A stretch of DNA of 58,232 bases, taken from Candidatus Sulfobium sp. Lineage in GTDB: Bacteria > Nitrospirota > Thermodesulfovibrionia > Thermodesulfovibrionales > UBA6898. How positions within the stretch are numbered: position 1 is the first letter of the stretch; each line of letters begins with the position of its first letter. Under the pieces are notes generated by a model. That model was not told the origin of the DNA and ran no database searches. It worked only from the letters and a program-made list of their open reading frames with translations. The position numbers and the translations under genes were made by a program. The stretch spans positions 1-58,232 of the forward strand of contig JARRRI010000017.1 of assembly GCA_037380845.1 (NCBI GenBank), in the 5' to 3' direction. Shown one piece after another: positions 57,908-58,232 of the stretch.

Positions 57908-58232
57908 TCCAGCACAATTCTCTCTTCGTCATTTCTCTTCAACGAATGCCCCTCGAAGTTCTATGTAGAATAACAGCTCCGACGACTTGATTATTTACAT
58001 GGATTAATAGATTAAAAGTTGCAAGGAAAGTGCCAAATTGGAGCTTCTCGGTGCTCACCGCCATGATTCCCGGCGCATGCCTCATGGTACTTCCGCATAA
58101 AACAAACGTGAGAAATCCATCCCTGACTGAAACCTGGGCACACTTTTGTCGCCACTCGCTCACGATAACCGGCAAATCCATTGTATTCAAAAAGAAAACA
58201 GGTGCTCCCGCGAGACAGTTGTCGCTTTTTTT

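Noticed and set aside
57939..58190. 83-aa ORF at the right edge
   Set aside because: No motifs or clear SD; AT-rich region that is probably regulatory.

Overview
A 58 kb bacterial chromosomal window with no rRNA, tRNA or CRISPR array. Gene content suggests an anaerobic diderm of Nitrospirota/Desulfobacterota type (inference only). Housekeeping genes (queE, ilvBN, mlaEFD, uvrD/pcrA, dapL-like, folK, gph, ftsH, ald, msrA) are mixed with accessory modules. (1) The left edge holds the 5' end of a group II intron downstream of an orphan Rhs toxin/immunity pair. (2) A NosL + FtsX-type ABC + Cys/His-motif membrane protein operon has no nosZ in the window. (3) A CheB-CheR-PAS-GAF histidine kinase and a response regulator run into a UvrD helicase. 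(4) A secreted six-bladed beta-propeller has His or Cys at the equivalent position of every blade plus a CxxCH motif, and is followed by an ABC exporter and a TPR lipoprotein; this is my best candidate for an undescribed metalloprotein system. (5) A GEMM-I riboswitch with the A20 signature of 3',3'-cGAMP sensors sits upstream of a heptaheme/PKD cytochrome next to a nonaheme cytochrome. (6) An IS21-like end is followed by 9-bp tandem arrays that bracket the first gene of a transglutaminase-like protease / clostripain / lipoprotein / helical protein operon. Across the window there are many apparently leaderless genes, a dispersed GTCATTCC...GGAATGAC palindromic repeat family, and at least five genes with apparent internal deletions (real decay or assembly artefact). 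All calls come from motif reading; no searches were run.
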